Counted from the first letter of the whole stretch, positions 13,593 through 25,803 are shown. The stretch is DNA of 63,858 nucleotides, filler included, from Octopus bimaculoides (GCF_001194135.2; 7 parts of 7 records of this genome joined end to end with filler, not necessarily neighbours in it), one strand, 5' to 3'. The notes: generated from the sequence alone by a model not told the origin. Made by a program: numbers and translations.

Positions 13593-14294
13593 NNNNNNNN
13601 NNNNNNNNNNNNNNNNNNNNNNNNNNNNNNNNNNNNNNNNNNNNNNNNNNNNNNNNNNNNNNNNNNNNNNNNNNNNNNNNNNNNNNNNNNNNNNNNNNNN
13701 NNNNNNNNNNNNNNNNNNNNNNNNNNNNNNNNNNNNNNNNNNNNNNNNNNNNNNNNNNNNNNNNNNNNNNNNNNNNNNNNNNNNNNNNNNNNNNNNNNNN
13801 NNNNNNNNNNNNNNNNNNNNNNNNNNNNNNNNNNNNNNNNNNNNNNNNNNNNNNNNNNNNNNNNNNNNNNNNNNNNNNNNNNNNNNNNNNNNNNNNNNNN
13901 NNNNNNNNNNNNNNNNNNNNNNNNNNNNNNNNNNNNNNNNNNNNNNNNNNNNNNNNNNNNNNNNNNNNNNNNNNNNNNNNNNNNNNNNNNNNNNNNNNNN
14001 NNNNNNNNNNNNNNNNNNNNNNNNNNNNNNNNNNNNNNNNNNNNNNNNNNNNNNNNNNNNNNNNNNNNNNNNNNNNNNNNNNNNNNNNNNNNNNNNNNNN
14101 NNNNNNNNNNNNNNNNNNNNNNNNNNNNNNNNNNNNNNNNNNNNNNNNNNNNNNNGAGACAGAGAGGGAGAGACAGAGAGGGAGAGGGAGAGAGAGAGAT
14201 AGGGATAGAGAGCTATGTATGTATGTATGTATGTAGATACACGCACTCATACTTACCCCCTTGCAGAATTAGTCAAATGAATCAACCCCCGTAC

Positions 14295-14332
<38 letters not shown>

Positions 14333-14333
14333 A

Positions 14334-14554
14334 CAAGAGGGTGGTTTAAAGTTCCTGGCATTGAGGATATCACGAAAAGTCTGGTTGGTGGCCCAACTTT
14401 CTGAATTTTTTTTTACAGGGCTTAGGAAAACTGAAGGACCCCTGCAATAAGTGTGTGAATCTGAGAGGGGAATACGTTGGAATAAAATCATAATTAACTG
14501 ATGCTCCAGTATTTTCTTCTACCCCCAAACCTAGAACTTTTCAGCACCCACTCA
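14334..14554 (+). mobile_element. Mariner-derived MITE, copy 2
   Basis: Homologous to 13340-13555 along its length (aaagttcctggc...aataagtgtgtgaatctgagaggggaata...gaacttttcagcacccactca). Confidence 0.75.
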
Positions 14555-15599
14555 TGTGTGTGTGTATGCATCTGTAAGTGCGTCACTGTGTGTCTGTATG
14601 TGCGTGTGATAAATTTCCAGAAAAGTGTCAAGTCATGCTATTGTTTGGTATAAAAAAGATATGATAACAGCAATATTAGTTGATGACTTATGTAATGGAA
14701 ATATAAAATAAACGATTGATTCATGGAAGGGAAGAATGTTTTCATAGGTTTATTATTCTTATTTGTTTTGCAGATATATATGTGTGTATATGTGTACTTA
14801 TATGTGTGTCCGTGTGTCACTGTGTGCATATGTGTGTATATGTGTGTAGATTTGCTTGTATATATATATATATATAATCAGTGTGTGTGCATATATACCT
14901 ATATACATATTATATACATATGTATATACACTCACACACTCATACACACATGCATATATATATATATATATATATATATANNNNNNNNNNNNNNNNNNNN
15001 NNNNNNNNNNNNNNNNNNNNNNNNNNNNNNNNNNNNNNNNNNNNNNNNNNNNNNNNNNNNNNNNNNNNNNNNNNNNNNNNNNNNNNNNNNNNNNNNNNNN
15101 NNNNNNNNNNNNNNNNNNNNNNNNNNNNNNNNNNNNNNNNNNNNNNNNNNNNNNNNNNNNNNNNNNNNNNNNNNNNNNNNNNNNNNNNNNNNNNNNNNNN
15201 NNNNNNNNNNNNNNNNNNNNNNNNNNNNNNNNNNNNNNNNNNNNNNNNNNNNNNNNNNNNNNNNNNNNNNNNNNNNNNNNNNNNNNNNNNNNNNNNNNNN
15301 NNNNNNNNNNNNNNNNNNNNNNNNNNNNNNNNNNNNNNNNNNNNNNNNNNNNNNNNNNNNNNNNNNNNNNNNNNNNNNNNNNNNNNNNNNNNNNNNNNNN
15401 NNNNNNNNNNNNNNNNNNNNNNNNNNNNNNNNNNNNNNNNNNNNNNNNNNNNNNNNNNNNNNNNNNNNNNNNNNNNNNNNNNNNNNNNNNNNNNNNNNNN
15501 NNNNNNNNNNNNNNNNNNNNNNNNNNNNNNNNNNNNNNNNNNNNNNNNNNNNNNNNNNNNNNNNNNNNNNNNNNNNNNNNNNNNNNNNNNNNNNNNNNN

Positions 15600-15643
<44 letters not shown>

Positions 15644-16102
15644 TATATATATATATATGTAAACACATCATAGTGGCCATTGCTTGTAAAAGAACTAAAG
15701 TTGTACATGGGTGTGTAGAAGAGAGACAATATACAAAAGAATCAAATAATTAAAGAGAAAGAAAAACAAATCATACACACACACACACACACGCACACTA
15801 ACATATACTCATACACTCATAAACACACGTATTCATGCACACACACACACACACACCTCTTGCCATATGAATCGCATGCTTCTCTGCTCTTTATCAAAAG
15901 CCGTAAAACGCAACAAAAGTTATAGCGTAAACAACATAACATCACATGTGTGTCTGTGTCTATGTGTGGATGTGTTTATGTGAGTGTTTGGGTGTGTATA
16001 TGTCTGTGTTTGTGTGTGTTTGTGTGTGTTGGTGTGTGTGTTTGTGTGTTTGGGTGTGTATGCTTGTGTGTTCGTCAGTGTGGTTGTATGTGCCTGCTTA
16101 CA

Positions 16103-16285
16103 TAGGCGCAGGAATGGCTGTGTGGTAAGTAGCTTGGTTACCAACCACATGGTTCCGGGTTCATTCCTATTGCATGGCACCTTGGGCAAGTGTCTTCTAC
16201 TATAGCCTCGAGCCGACCAAAGCCTTGTGAGTGGATTTGGTAGATGGAAGCTGGAAGAAGGCCATCGTATATATATATATACGTA

Positions 16286-16322
<37 letters not shown>

Positions 16323-16695
16323 NNNNNNNNNNNNNNNNNNNNNNNNNNNNNNNNNNNNNNNNNNNNNNNNNNNNNNNNNNNNNNNNNNNNNNNNNNNNNN
16401 NNNNNNNNNNNNNNNNNNNNNNNNNNNNNNNNNNNNNNNNNNNNNNNNNNNNNNNNNNNNNNNNNNNNNTGTGTGTGTTTGTGTGTTTGGGTGTCTGTGT
16501 TTGTCCCCCCACCATCGCTTAACAACCGATGCTGGTGTGTTTACGTCCCCGTAACTTAGCGGTTCGGCAAAAGAGACCGATAGAATAGGTACTAGGCTTA
16601 CAAAGAATAAGTCCTGGGGTCGGTTTTCTCGACTAAAGGCGGTGCTCCAGCATAGCCACAGTCAAATGACTGAAACAAGTAAAAGAGTAAAAGAG
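16103..16695 (+). mobile_element. SINE family A, full length with expanded internal (TA)/(TG) microsatellite and gap
   Basis: tRNA-like head taggcgcaggaatggctgtgtggtaag...ggttccgggttca; tail ggcggtgctccagcatagccacagtcaaatgactgaaacaagtaaaagagtaaaagag. Confidence 0.92.
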
Positions 16696-16871
16696 CATAT
16701 TTGTCTGTGTGTGTGTGTGTGTGTGTATGCTTGTGCATTTATATCTGTATGTGTGTGTATTTGCGCACGTGTGTGTGTGTGCATGTTTGTGTGTGCCAGT
16801 TTGTACATGTGTATGTGTGTGTGTTTGTGTGGGTATGCTTATGGATTTGTGTATGTGTATTTTTGGACGTT

Positions 16872-16912
<41 letters not shown>

Positions 16913-16922
16913 NNNNNNNNNN

Positions 16923-16958
<36 letters not shown>

Positions 16959-17562
16959 ATACTTGTATACTTGTGTATTTGTGCGTGTATATGTTTTGTC
17001 TGTATGCTTGTTTGTGTGAATACATATTTGAGTGTGTGTGTGTGTTTCTGTGTATTTGTGTGACTTTTTATTCGTGCATGTGTTTTTGCTTGCATGCATG
17101 TGTGTACTTGTGTGATTATGAGTATGTGTGTGTGTGTGTGTGCACGTGTGTGGGTTTGTATGTTTGCCTATGCATGCGTGTGTGTGTGTGTGTTTATTGC
17201 TGCTACTACTGCTGCTATGGCTACTACTATTATTACTTCTACTACTACTACTGCCACTACTACGCCTACAATTATCATCACTGCTACCACCACCACCACT
17301 ACTACTCCTACTAGTATGACAGCAATACAAACTACAACAACATGGCATAAATATGTCTCAGAACATAGGTTATTAAATGCGTTCTGAAACGGCATTGCAA
17401 TATTTGGTTTGCCGTGTATAATGTTACAAAGGTAATGGAAGAATGGTTGAATAGCTCCGAGGAAATGGTCTCTGATATTGGAGAAGGTGATATTTAGAAG
17501 ACGTTGGGGGTGGAGAATTAAAAATAAATGGCACGAAAATATTAGGAATAACAACAACAAAA

Positions 17563-17613
<51 letters not shown>

Positions 17614-17641
17614 AGCTGAAGAAGATGAAGAAGAAGAAGAA

Positions 17642-18790
17642 GAGTGAAAATAAAACCACTTTTCACCTTACAAAAGAGGCAACAAAATACAAAACAGAAA
17701 TGGTCAAGGAGACAAAAAACAACATGAAAACCGAATTATAAAACATACTAAAAAAGAAATGGAGAGAAAAATCACTTCATAGCCAGTACCCTGCAGGGGC
17801 TTGACAGAGAGGAAATGAGCCTGAGTAACAGTCAACATTGGCTCAAAAGCTCTGGACTAAAAGCTGAAATGAAAGGACTGATTCTCACTCCACAAAATAA
17901 TGCCTATGAACATTTATGAAAGCAAAATAATGAAAACAGGCCCTAACACCAAATGCAGAATGTGCAACCAGCACCATGAGACAGTTAACCACATCATCTT
18001 TGGCTGCCCAGTCCTTGCCAAGTCTGAATATATATAGAGACACAACTAGGTAAGAAGTTATATCCACTGGACATTTTGCCAACACTACAACATTAAAACT
18101 GACAATAGATGGTATAAACATGTGTGAAACAAGGTACAAGACGAAGACCAGGCCACAATCATCTGGGATATGTCGGTTCAAACAAACAAAGAAATATAAG
18201 CTAATCACCCAGACAACATAATCAAGGATGGGAACAAACACCGGCTTACTGATAGACATTGCAGTTCCTTCTTATCAAAATATTGTCTGAAAAGAAGTGG
18301 AGAAATTGTCAAAGTACAAAGACCTTGAAATTGAAGGTGAAAACAATACTAATAATATGTACAAAAACATGAACAAAAACATAGAAGCTATATCTGGATC
18401 CTCAACACTACACACTATCCAAAAAATAGCCCTGCTAGGAACACCCCACATCCTATGTGAGACACTATCACCTTAAACAAAATAATCAACAAACACAAGA
18501 CACACTCTATACAGTAATTATCCAGTGAAATAAACTTCCACCAGCAAGCTAGATAACCAATGCATTACACACTCAATACCCAATGCAAGCAGCAATACAA
18601 CAAATAACTGCGCCACACCTCAAGAGAAAAGAAACTGATGCAATACAATACCAGGAAGAGTTTGCACACTCCGAACAACAGAAAAGAACACACACCCCAG
18701 CAACACAGAAGTGTAGCAGGTGATGCAATAGAAATTTTCCTGAAACTACTGAATGTTGAATAATAATAATAATAATAATAATAAATAACC
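17642..18790 (+). mobile_element. Degenerate 3' part of an R4/Dong-like LINE (CCHC knuckle + restriction-like endonuclease + 3' UTR)
   Basis: Broken frames give KWREKSLHSQYP, KCRMCNQHHETVNHIIFGCPVLA, HPD...LLIDIAVP...EKLSKYKDLEIE, QKIALLGTPHIL. Many stops and frameshifts. Ends in (AAT)n at ~18760-18787. Confidence 0.85.
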
Positions 18791-19338
18791 TGATGCTGTA
18801 CTAGGTACTAGCTCTCATGGCTTCTGATCTTAATTGATTGAAAGTGTTATCATGTACATTGTTTTGTCTTGGTATAAAAGATGGACCTCAGCAAATATTC
18901 TTCTCAATACCGCAGATTTGCTTGTCAGTTGTTTGACCTTAACCAGTTGAGCATGTCCCTTGGTGGCTGACGATATGTGCATCTCTGCTCACGAGCAGAA
19001 GTGGTGGGGGAGCATCATAGCCATGTGCTGAGTGGAATTCTTTGGGGTTTGAATAATTCACTTTTGGAAACATGGGTGTTTTGCTCAACAACCTTAAACA
19101 AACCTTATTCAGGGACCTTTTGAGCGGGATGGGCTACTCAACCTGAAGAAAATTCTAACTGGGCCCCACCTGCAAGACCATGCGCTGCTTATCTTGATAT
19201 AAGATCACCATGTCATGTACATCACTGTGTCATTTCCTTGGTGTACCCTTATCAGACGTGTAGTCATGATGGGTATATCGGGCTGTGCATATTTGTACCC
19301 CAGTGTCACTTTGATGGCATGCACTGCTCTCTCAATCA
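18789..19338 (-). mobile_element. Non-coding ~550-bp interspersed element flanked by (AAT)n on both sides (likely non-autonomous retroposon)
   Basis: Non-repetitive internal sequence between two (AAT)n tracts. Resembles an abundant octopus repeat from memory; family and orientation not verified. Confidence 0.55.
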
Positions 19339-19351
19339 ATAATAATAATAA

Positions 19352-19795
19352 TCCTTTTTACTGTTGATGCAAGATCTGAAATTTGGTGGCAAGTGGCTAA
19401 GTCAATCTCGTTGATCCCAATGCTCAACTGGTACTTATTTCATCAACCCCAAAAGAATGAACAGCAAAGTCAACCTCGGTGGGATTTGAACTCAAAATGT
19501 AAAGACAAATAAAATGCAGCTAAACATATTGCCCGGCTTGCTAACAACTTCGCCAGCTTCACTGCCTTTTCCATAATAATAATAATAATAATAATATTGA
19601 CTTCAAATTTTTGCACAAACCCAGCAATTTTGGGGGAAGGGTTAAGTCAATTATGATGATCATCTGATAATCATTTTATTGATCCCAATAACTTGAAAGG
19701 TGAAGTCGACCTCAGCAACATTTGAACTCAGAACATATAGCCTGCAAAGGATTTCGTCCATTGTGAAAATGATTCCATCAGTTCACCACCTTAAT
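19352..19795 (-). mobile_element. Two tandem degenerate SINE family B copies joined by (AAT)n
   Basis: Reverse-complement matches to 25804-26024, CpG-decayed. Confidence 0.75.
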
Positions 19796-19804
19796 AATAA
19801 TGAT

Positions 19805-19837
<33 letters not shown>

Positions 19838-20710
19838 NNNNNNNNNNNNNNNNNNNNNNNNNNNNNNNNNNNNNNNNNNNNNNNNNNNNNNNNNNNNNNN
19901 NNNNNNNNNNNNNNNNNNNNNNNNNNNNNNNNNNNNNNNNNNNNNNNNNNNNNNNNNNNNNNNNNNNNNNNNNNNNNNNNNNNNNNNNNNNNNNNNNNNN
20001 NNNNNNNNNNNNNNNNNNNNNNNNNNNNNNNNNNNNNNNNNNNNNNNNNNNNNNNNNNNNNNNNNNNNNNNNNNNNNNNNNNNNNNNNNNNNNNNNNNNN
20101 NNNNNNNNNNNNNNNNNNNNNNNNNNNNNNNNNNNNNNNNNNNNNNNNNNNNNNNNNNNNNNNNNNNNNNNNNNNNNNNNNNNNNNNNNNNNNNNNNNNN
20201 NNNNNNNNNNNNNNNNNNNNNNNNNNNNNNNNNNNNNNNNNNNNNNNNNNNNNNNNNNNNNNNNNNNNNNNNNNNNNNNNNNNNNNNNNNNNNNNNNNNN
20301 NNNNNNNNNNNNNNNNNNNNNNNNNNNNNNNNNNNNNNNNNNNNNNNNNNNNNNNNNNNNNNNNNNNNNNNNNNNNNNNNNNNNNNNNNNNNNNNNNNNN
20401 NNNNNNNNNNNNNNNNNNNNNNNNNNNNNNNNNNNNNNNNNNNNNNNNNNNNNNNNNNNNNNNNNNNNNNNNNNNNNNNNNNNNNNNNNNNNNNNNNNNN
20501 NNNNNNNNNNNNNNNNNNNNNNNNNNNNNNNNNNNNNNNNNNNNNNNNNNNNNNNNNNNNNNNNNNNNNNNNNNNNNNNNNNNNNNNNNNNNNNNNNNNN
20601 NNNNNATATATATATATTTATACATATATATATATATATATGCATATATATATACATATGTGTATGTGTGTGTATATGTTTACATGTGCTTGCATGTATG
20701 TGTATGCATC

Positions 20711-20742
<32 letters not shown>

Positions 20743-21449
20743 TGTGCGCGTCTTTGTCTTGACATCATGTAAGGGCTTTAAATGCTGGACATATGATGTC
20801 ACTCATTTCCAGTCTTCCGTAATAGACATGTCTGGCCATGGGGAAGGAAATCTTACCTTGCTTGGAAACAGATGAGGGTTGGTGACAGGAAGAGCGTCCA
20901 GCTGTAGAATTACAGCATCAGCAATTACCACCTGTTTCATGCAAGCATTGGAAAGAGGACATTAAAATGATGATGGTAATGAGGATGATGATTGATGTTG
21001 ATGATGATGATAATGATGATGATGACAATGATGATGATGATGATGACGACAATGATGATGACAACAGTGACGATGATTACGAGGATGATGACGCTAATGA
21101 TGATGATGATGATGATGATTGCTGGTGATGATGATGTAATAGCAATGATGATGATGATCATGGTGGTGATGATGACAAGGAGGTTGTTAACGACAACAAC
21201 TACAATGACAAAGGCAACAACAACAAGACAACAGTGACATTGATGTCATTATGACAACAACAACGATGATGATGCACGAATTAAACATGTAATTGAAGCT
21301 CTACTTGCCAAGCACTTACCACAATTAATGATTCGAATTTAGAGGTGAGACACATTACAGGTGAATCACAATCATAATTAAACGCTTCCTTGACTTAATA
21401 AATCAATAAACTTTTAATAACAACCATTTGATGAAAGTAACTGATATAA

Positions 21450-21895
21450 ACACCGGTTGGCTGGTTGGTTAGTTTGTTGGTCGGTTGGTTGGTCACTCAG
21501 TTGCTCGGTCAGTTGGTTGGTCAGTTAGTTTCTCGGTTAGTTTGTTGGTTAGTTAATTGGCTGGTCTCTTGGTTCATCAGTTAATTGGTCAGTTGGTCAG
21601 TCAATTGGCTGATTGGTTCATCGGTCAGTCAGTAGGTTGTCTGGTCAGTTAGTAGGTTGGCTGGTCAGTTGGTTGGTTGGTCAGTTGGTCAGTCAGTTGG
21701 TTGATTGGTTGATTGGTCATTCAGTAAGCTGTCTGGTCAGTTAGTAGGTTGGCTGGTCAGTTGGTTGGTTGGTTAGTCAGTTGGTCAGTCAGTTAGTTGG
21801 TTGGTTGGGTGGTTGTTTGGTCAGTTGATCAGTCGGTTGGTCAGTCAATCAGTCAGTTGTTCGGTAAGTTAGTTAGTTGGTTGGTTGGTTTGGTG
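21450..21895 (+). repeat. Degenerate GGTT/GGTCA low-complexity array
   Basis: Mixed ggtt/ggtca/agtt units with an internal ~50-bp duplication. Confidence 0.85.
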
Positions 21896-22301
21896 TTTTT
21901 TCCAGTCACACTTTATGTCAGAAAGGTGGAGAGAGCGAGAGCGAGAGAGAGAGAGAGAGGGAATAAAAGAATGACACACAGAGAAAGAGTAAAAGAAACA
22001 CAGAGAGACAGAGTTAACAAAAGAGGTGCAGGATGAGGGTCTAATAAATTTTTGTAAAATTTTACTTATTTTATATAAAATTTTTCCAAAATAGATTTTT
22101 GATGGAGTAGATTGTGATTATACTGGTGAAATTTAGGAAAATAATTGCAAACATTTATTGTAAATGGACAAATGAGAAATTTTATTTAATATTATTTTAA
22201 TGCAACAAATACTTTCCTTTCACAAATTAGTATTCATTTCATCATTTTGTATAAACTGCAAGAAGTTTGATAAAAGTTATATAATAATTATCATATATAT
22301 G

Positions 22302-22556
22302 TGGAGGCACGTGGCCTAGTGGTTAGGGTGTCAGCAGCATGATCGTAAGATTGTGGTTTCGATTCCTAGACCGGGCGACGCGTTGTGTTCTTGAGCAAAA
22401 CACTTCATTTCACGTTGCTCCATTCCACTCAGCTGGCAAAAATGAGTAACGCAGCGATGGACTGGCATCCCATCCAGCTGGGGAACACATACGCCGTTGA
22501 AACCGGGAAACCGGGCCCATGAGCCTGGCTAGGCTTTAAAAGGGCGCACTTACTTA
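22302..22556 (+). mobile_element. tRNA-derived SINE family C, full length
   Basis: A box TGGCCTAGTGG, B box GGTTTCGATTCC, then ttgtgttcttgagcaaaacacttcatttcac body and (ctta) tail. Confidence 0.88.
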
Positions 22557-23284
22557 CACTTATCATATGTACGCTGTATCTTCTGATATCATCCATACTT
22601 CCAAAGTTAACCATCATATGATGGTTTACACTCTAGCTCTGTGGTTCTCATCTGGGGTCTATACGGGCCTTAAGAGTCAATATAAGACTTCGTTATTAAA
22701 TTTATGTGCAAATAATTGGTTCAGTGAAGATGTGGCTGAGTGGCCACAGTCAAATGACTGAAACAAATACAAAATAAAACAAATACAAAATAAAAGACAT
22801 AAAATGTTGGTTTTTTTTGTTTTTTTTTTACAATTCCTAATAAAATTTAATTATAAAATTCTAGTAGAAATTTTCTTATCTACATTGAATGGCTGTGGAG
22901 GTCCAGTAGAGTAAAATAGGAATCAAAGAGTTCCATAAGCAGAAAATGGTTGAGAACTACTGAACCACAACATGTAATTAATAGCACAAGCATGAGACTT
23001 TGGGGAGCACGAGCATAGCTAGAGTGTGTGCCGCCCGGAGTGGCCCTTCCATTTGCCACCCCTGGACCCCACAAGAAAACACATATTGTCTACAGCAGAC
23101 CCAAAAGTGTCGCCCCTTTAGATTTGCCACCTATTACACTCTCAGAACATAAAGATGGATGAATTTACTTGTCGAGGTTATCTCTAGAGATGCTCTCTTG
23201 AAATTATAGCCAGCACTGATTTAATTACAACCCTTCATATCCAAGATGCTGGATGAATGAGATCGAAAATAAAAAAATAGACAA

Positions 23285-23338
23285 TGGATGTATATGCCAT
23301 ATTTCAGGAGGTTTTGCTCCTTCATCAGCACACATCCA
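23285..23338 (-). ncRNA. Type I hammerhead ribozyme motif (tandem copy 1)
   Basis: rc TGGATGTGTG-CTGATGA-AGGAG-caaaac-CTCCT-GAA-ATAT-ggc-ATAT-A-CATCCA: canonical core, 5-bp stem II, 4-bp stem III, AUA triplet, bulged stem I. Confidence 0.7.
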
Positions 23339-23699
23339 ACCCATTAACCATTCACGAACTCATTGCTTAAATAGCCACTAATTACAGCAGTGTAACATTA
23401 TTGGATGCACCAATTTTACATATTAAACATTCCTGGAAGCTGGTACATAAACAATAATGACTTGTAGGGACACAGTATTTCATTATGCAGCCATGATATT
23501 CTACAAAGTAAATCAAACATTTTTATAAGTCTACTATAACATGTTCTACTGTGTTAGCAGTGTGCTTTACACCACTTGTTAAGGTCATCTTTACAGATTT
23601 CCTATAGAGATTATAACCAGCTCTGATTTTGTTACATTTTGTTTCTAAGATGCCAGATGAAAATAAATAATAAGATCGATGACAAAAAATGGGTAATGG

Positions 23700-23743
23700 G
23701 CATATATTACATATTTCAGGTAATTTTGCTCTGTCATCAGTAC
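23700..23743 (-). ncRNA. Degenerate type I hammerhead motif (tandem copy 2)
   Basis: rc GTA-CTGATGA-cAGAGcaaaattacCT-GAA-ATAT-gta-ATAT-A-TGC: core and stem III retained, stem II eroded. Confidence 0.5.
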
Positions 23744-23857
23744 ATGTTTCACCCTTTAATCATCCATGAACTCATTGTCTAAATGGCCACTAAGTATTTT
23801 GCCCTGAATGCTAATAATTCTGCCAGCTCCCTGCTTTTGGTCTGTATTTAATAATGG

Positions 23858-24062
23858 TTTCCAATTTTAGCACAAGGCTAGCAATTTCAGAAGAGTGGGT
23901 GTAAGTTGACTTCATTGACCCCAGTACTCAACTGGTACTTATTTTATTGACCCTGAAAGGATGAAAGGCAAAGTTGACCTGGGTTGTATTTGAACTTCAG
24001 ATATAAAGATGGATGAAATGCCACTAAGCATTTTGCCCACTGTGCTAATGATCCTGTCAGCT

Positions 24063-24093
<31 letters not shown>

Positions 24094-24415
24094 AAAGTTA
24101 AAGAAGTGATTTTAAATTCTCAATCGCAGAATAATGCTAATAATATAGCCTGAACAGGATAAACTACCCCTATTTTGCAGAGAAAAGTGTAGGTGGCTAG
24201 GTTTCAAATTTGGGCACAAGGCCAGAAATTTGGGGGGAAAGAGTAAGTCGATTACATTGAGCCCAGTGCTCAACTGGTACTTATTTTATTGACCCCGAAA
24301 GGATGAAAGGTAAAGTCAACCTCAGTGGAATTTGAGCTCAGAACATAAAAACAGATGAAATGCCACTAAGTGTTTTTACTTAGTATGCTAATGATACTGC
24401 AAGTTCACTGCCTTT
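23858..24415 (-). mobile_element. Two degenerate SINE family B copies (23858-24062, 24200-24415)
   Basis: caactggtacttattttattgaccc.gaaaggatgaaagg.aaagt..acct...aatttga.ctcaga repeated. CpGs converted to TG/CA. Confidence 0.8.
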
Positions 24416-24506
24416 AGTCTGTATTTAAAAAGAGCCAATAAGAATGTTGACTCGTTGATTTCTCCAGTTGCCCTTTACATTGTATAGAAAGAGTGAGAGA
24501 GAGAGA

Positions 24507-24539
<33 letters not shown>

Positions 24540-24597
24540 TTAACACGAGGGATCAAGATGACTGCCTTTTAGTTTTCTAAAAAATGCACCTGTACTC

Positions 24598-24890
24598 TCT
24601 TTTTTACTCTTTTTACTTGTTTCAGTCTTTTGACTGTGGCCATGCTGGAGCACCGCCTTTAGTCGAGCAAATCGACCCCAGGACGCAATCTTTGGAAGAC
24701 TAGTACTTATTCTATCGGTCTCTTTTGCCAAACCGCTAAGTTACGGGGACATAAACACACCAGCATCGGTTGTCAAGCGATGTTGGGGGGGACAAACACA
24801 GACATACAAACACATACACACATACATATATATATACATACAATAGGCTTCTTTCAGTTTCCATCTAGCAAATTTACTCACAAGGCTTTG
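24598..24890 (-). mobile_element. SINE family A, 3' part truncated by linker
   Basis: Reverse-complement tail and body match 16500-16695. Confidence 0.88.
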
Positions 24891-25004
24891 NNNNNNNNNN
24901 NNNNNNNNNNNNNNNNNNNNNNNNNNNNNNNNNNTTAATTAATTAANNNNNNNNNNNNNNNNNNNNNNNNNNNNNNNNNNNNNNNNNNNNTATATGTATG
25001 TATG

Positions 25005-25036
<32 letters not shown>

Positions 25037-25422
25037 TGAATGTGTGTGTGCGTGCGTCCTGTTATCCGTGATCTTTGCATACAGAACATATATCACGTGG
25101 GCGACGAAATATTTCTAAGTCACAATAATATTTATACATATATATATCCCCGCTGTATATACACTGTAATACTTGATAATGAAACTAACGTAAATAAACT
25201 AGCTGTTGGTGTTGTTGTTGATGTTGTTGTTGCTGCTGCTTCTGTTGTTTTTGTTGTTGTTGTTGTTGTTGTTGTTGCACTACATAACTCAGTTTAAGTT
25301 TCTGGTCACAATGGGGGTAATTTTTACTAGCCAGGGGAGTGGGTATAAAATAATATCCTGGATTTACATAGCATTTTCTGTGATGAAAACGAAACCATTA
25401 TCGTTACTACTACTACTACTAC

Positions 25423-25461
<39 letters not shown>

Positions 25462-25803
25462 CGGTGGTAGCTTGTTGTTGTTTTTGTTGTTGTTGTACTA
25501 GTAGTCGATGCTAATAAGGGTAAAGTTTTGTATTTTTATCACCGGGTACAATCAGCAAGCATTCTATACCTCGAAAGGTTAATTAATGACAGACAGTGAC
25601 GGACCAATAGACAAAGAAACAGACAGATAGAGAGATAGAAAAATATTGATAGATAAAGAGAGAGAGAGATAGGGAGGGGTGGAGGAAGAGAAAGCGAGAG
25701 GAGGAGGAAAGTCAGAGACAATCCGGGAAAGTTAACTGAATTCGAGGCATACGGAGTAGAGGGACCCAAAATCTGAGGTATTATTACACACACACGCGCA
25801 CAG

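Larger units (their letters stand above)
23167..23793 (-). repeat. ~407-412-bp tandem repeat, 1.5 units (23167-23573, 23574-23793)
   Basis: acttgtcgaggttatctctagagat...attatagccagc vs acttgttaaggtcatctttacagat...attataaccagc; similarity continues to gaactcattg..taaat.gccactaa. Confidence 0.8.

Noticed and set aside
19215-19262. Minus-strand CTGATAAG-GGTACACC...GAAA
   Set aside because: Lacks G8, and no convincing stem I, stem III or NUH triplet.
22302-22375. tRNA-like sequences with A/B boxes (also 36288, 58560-58630, 55892)
   Set aside because: No complete cloverleaf or acceptor stem; they continue into SINE bodies, so they are SINE heads, not tRNA genes.
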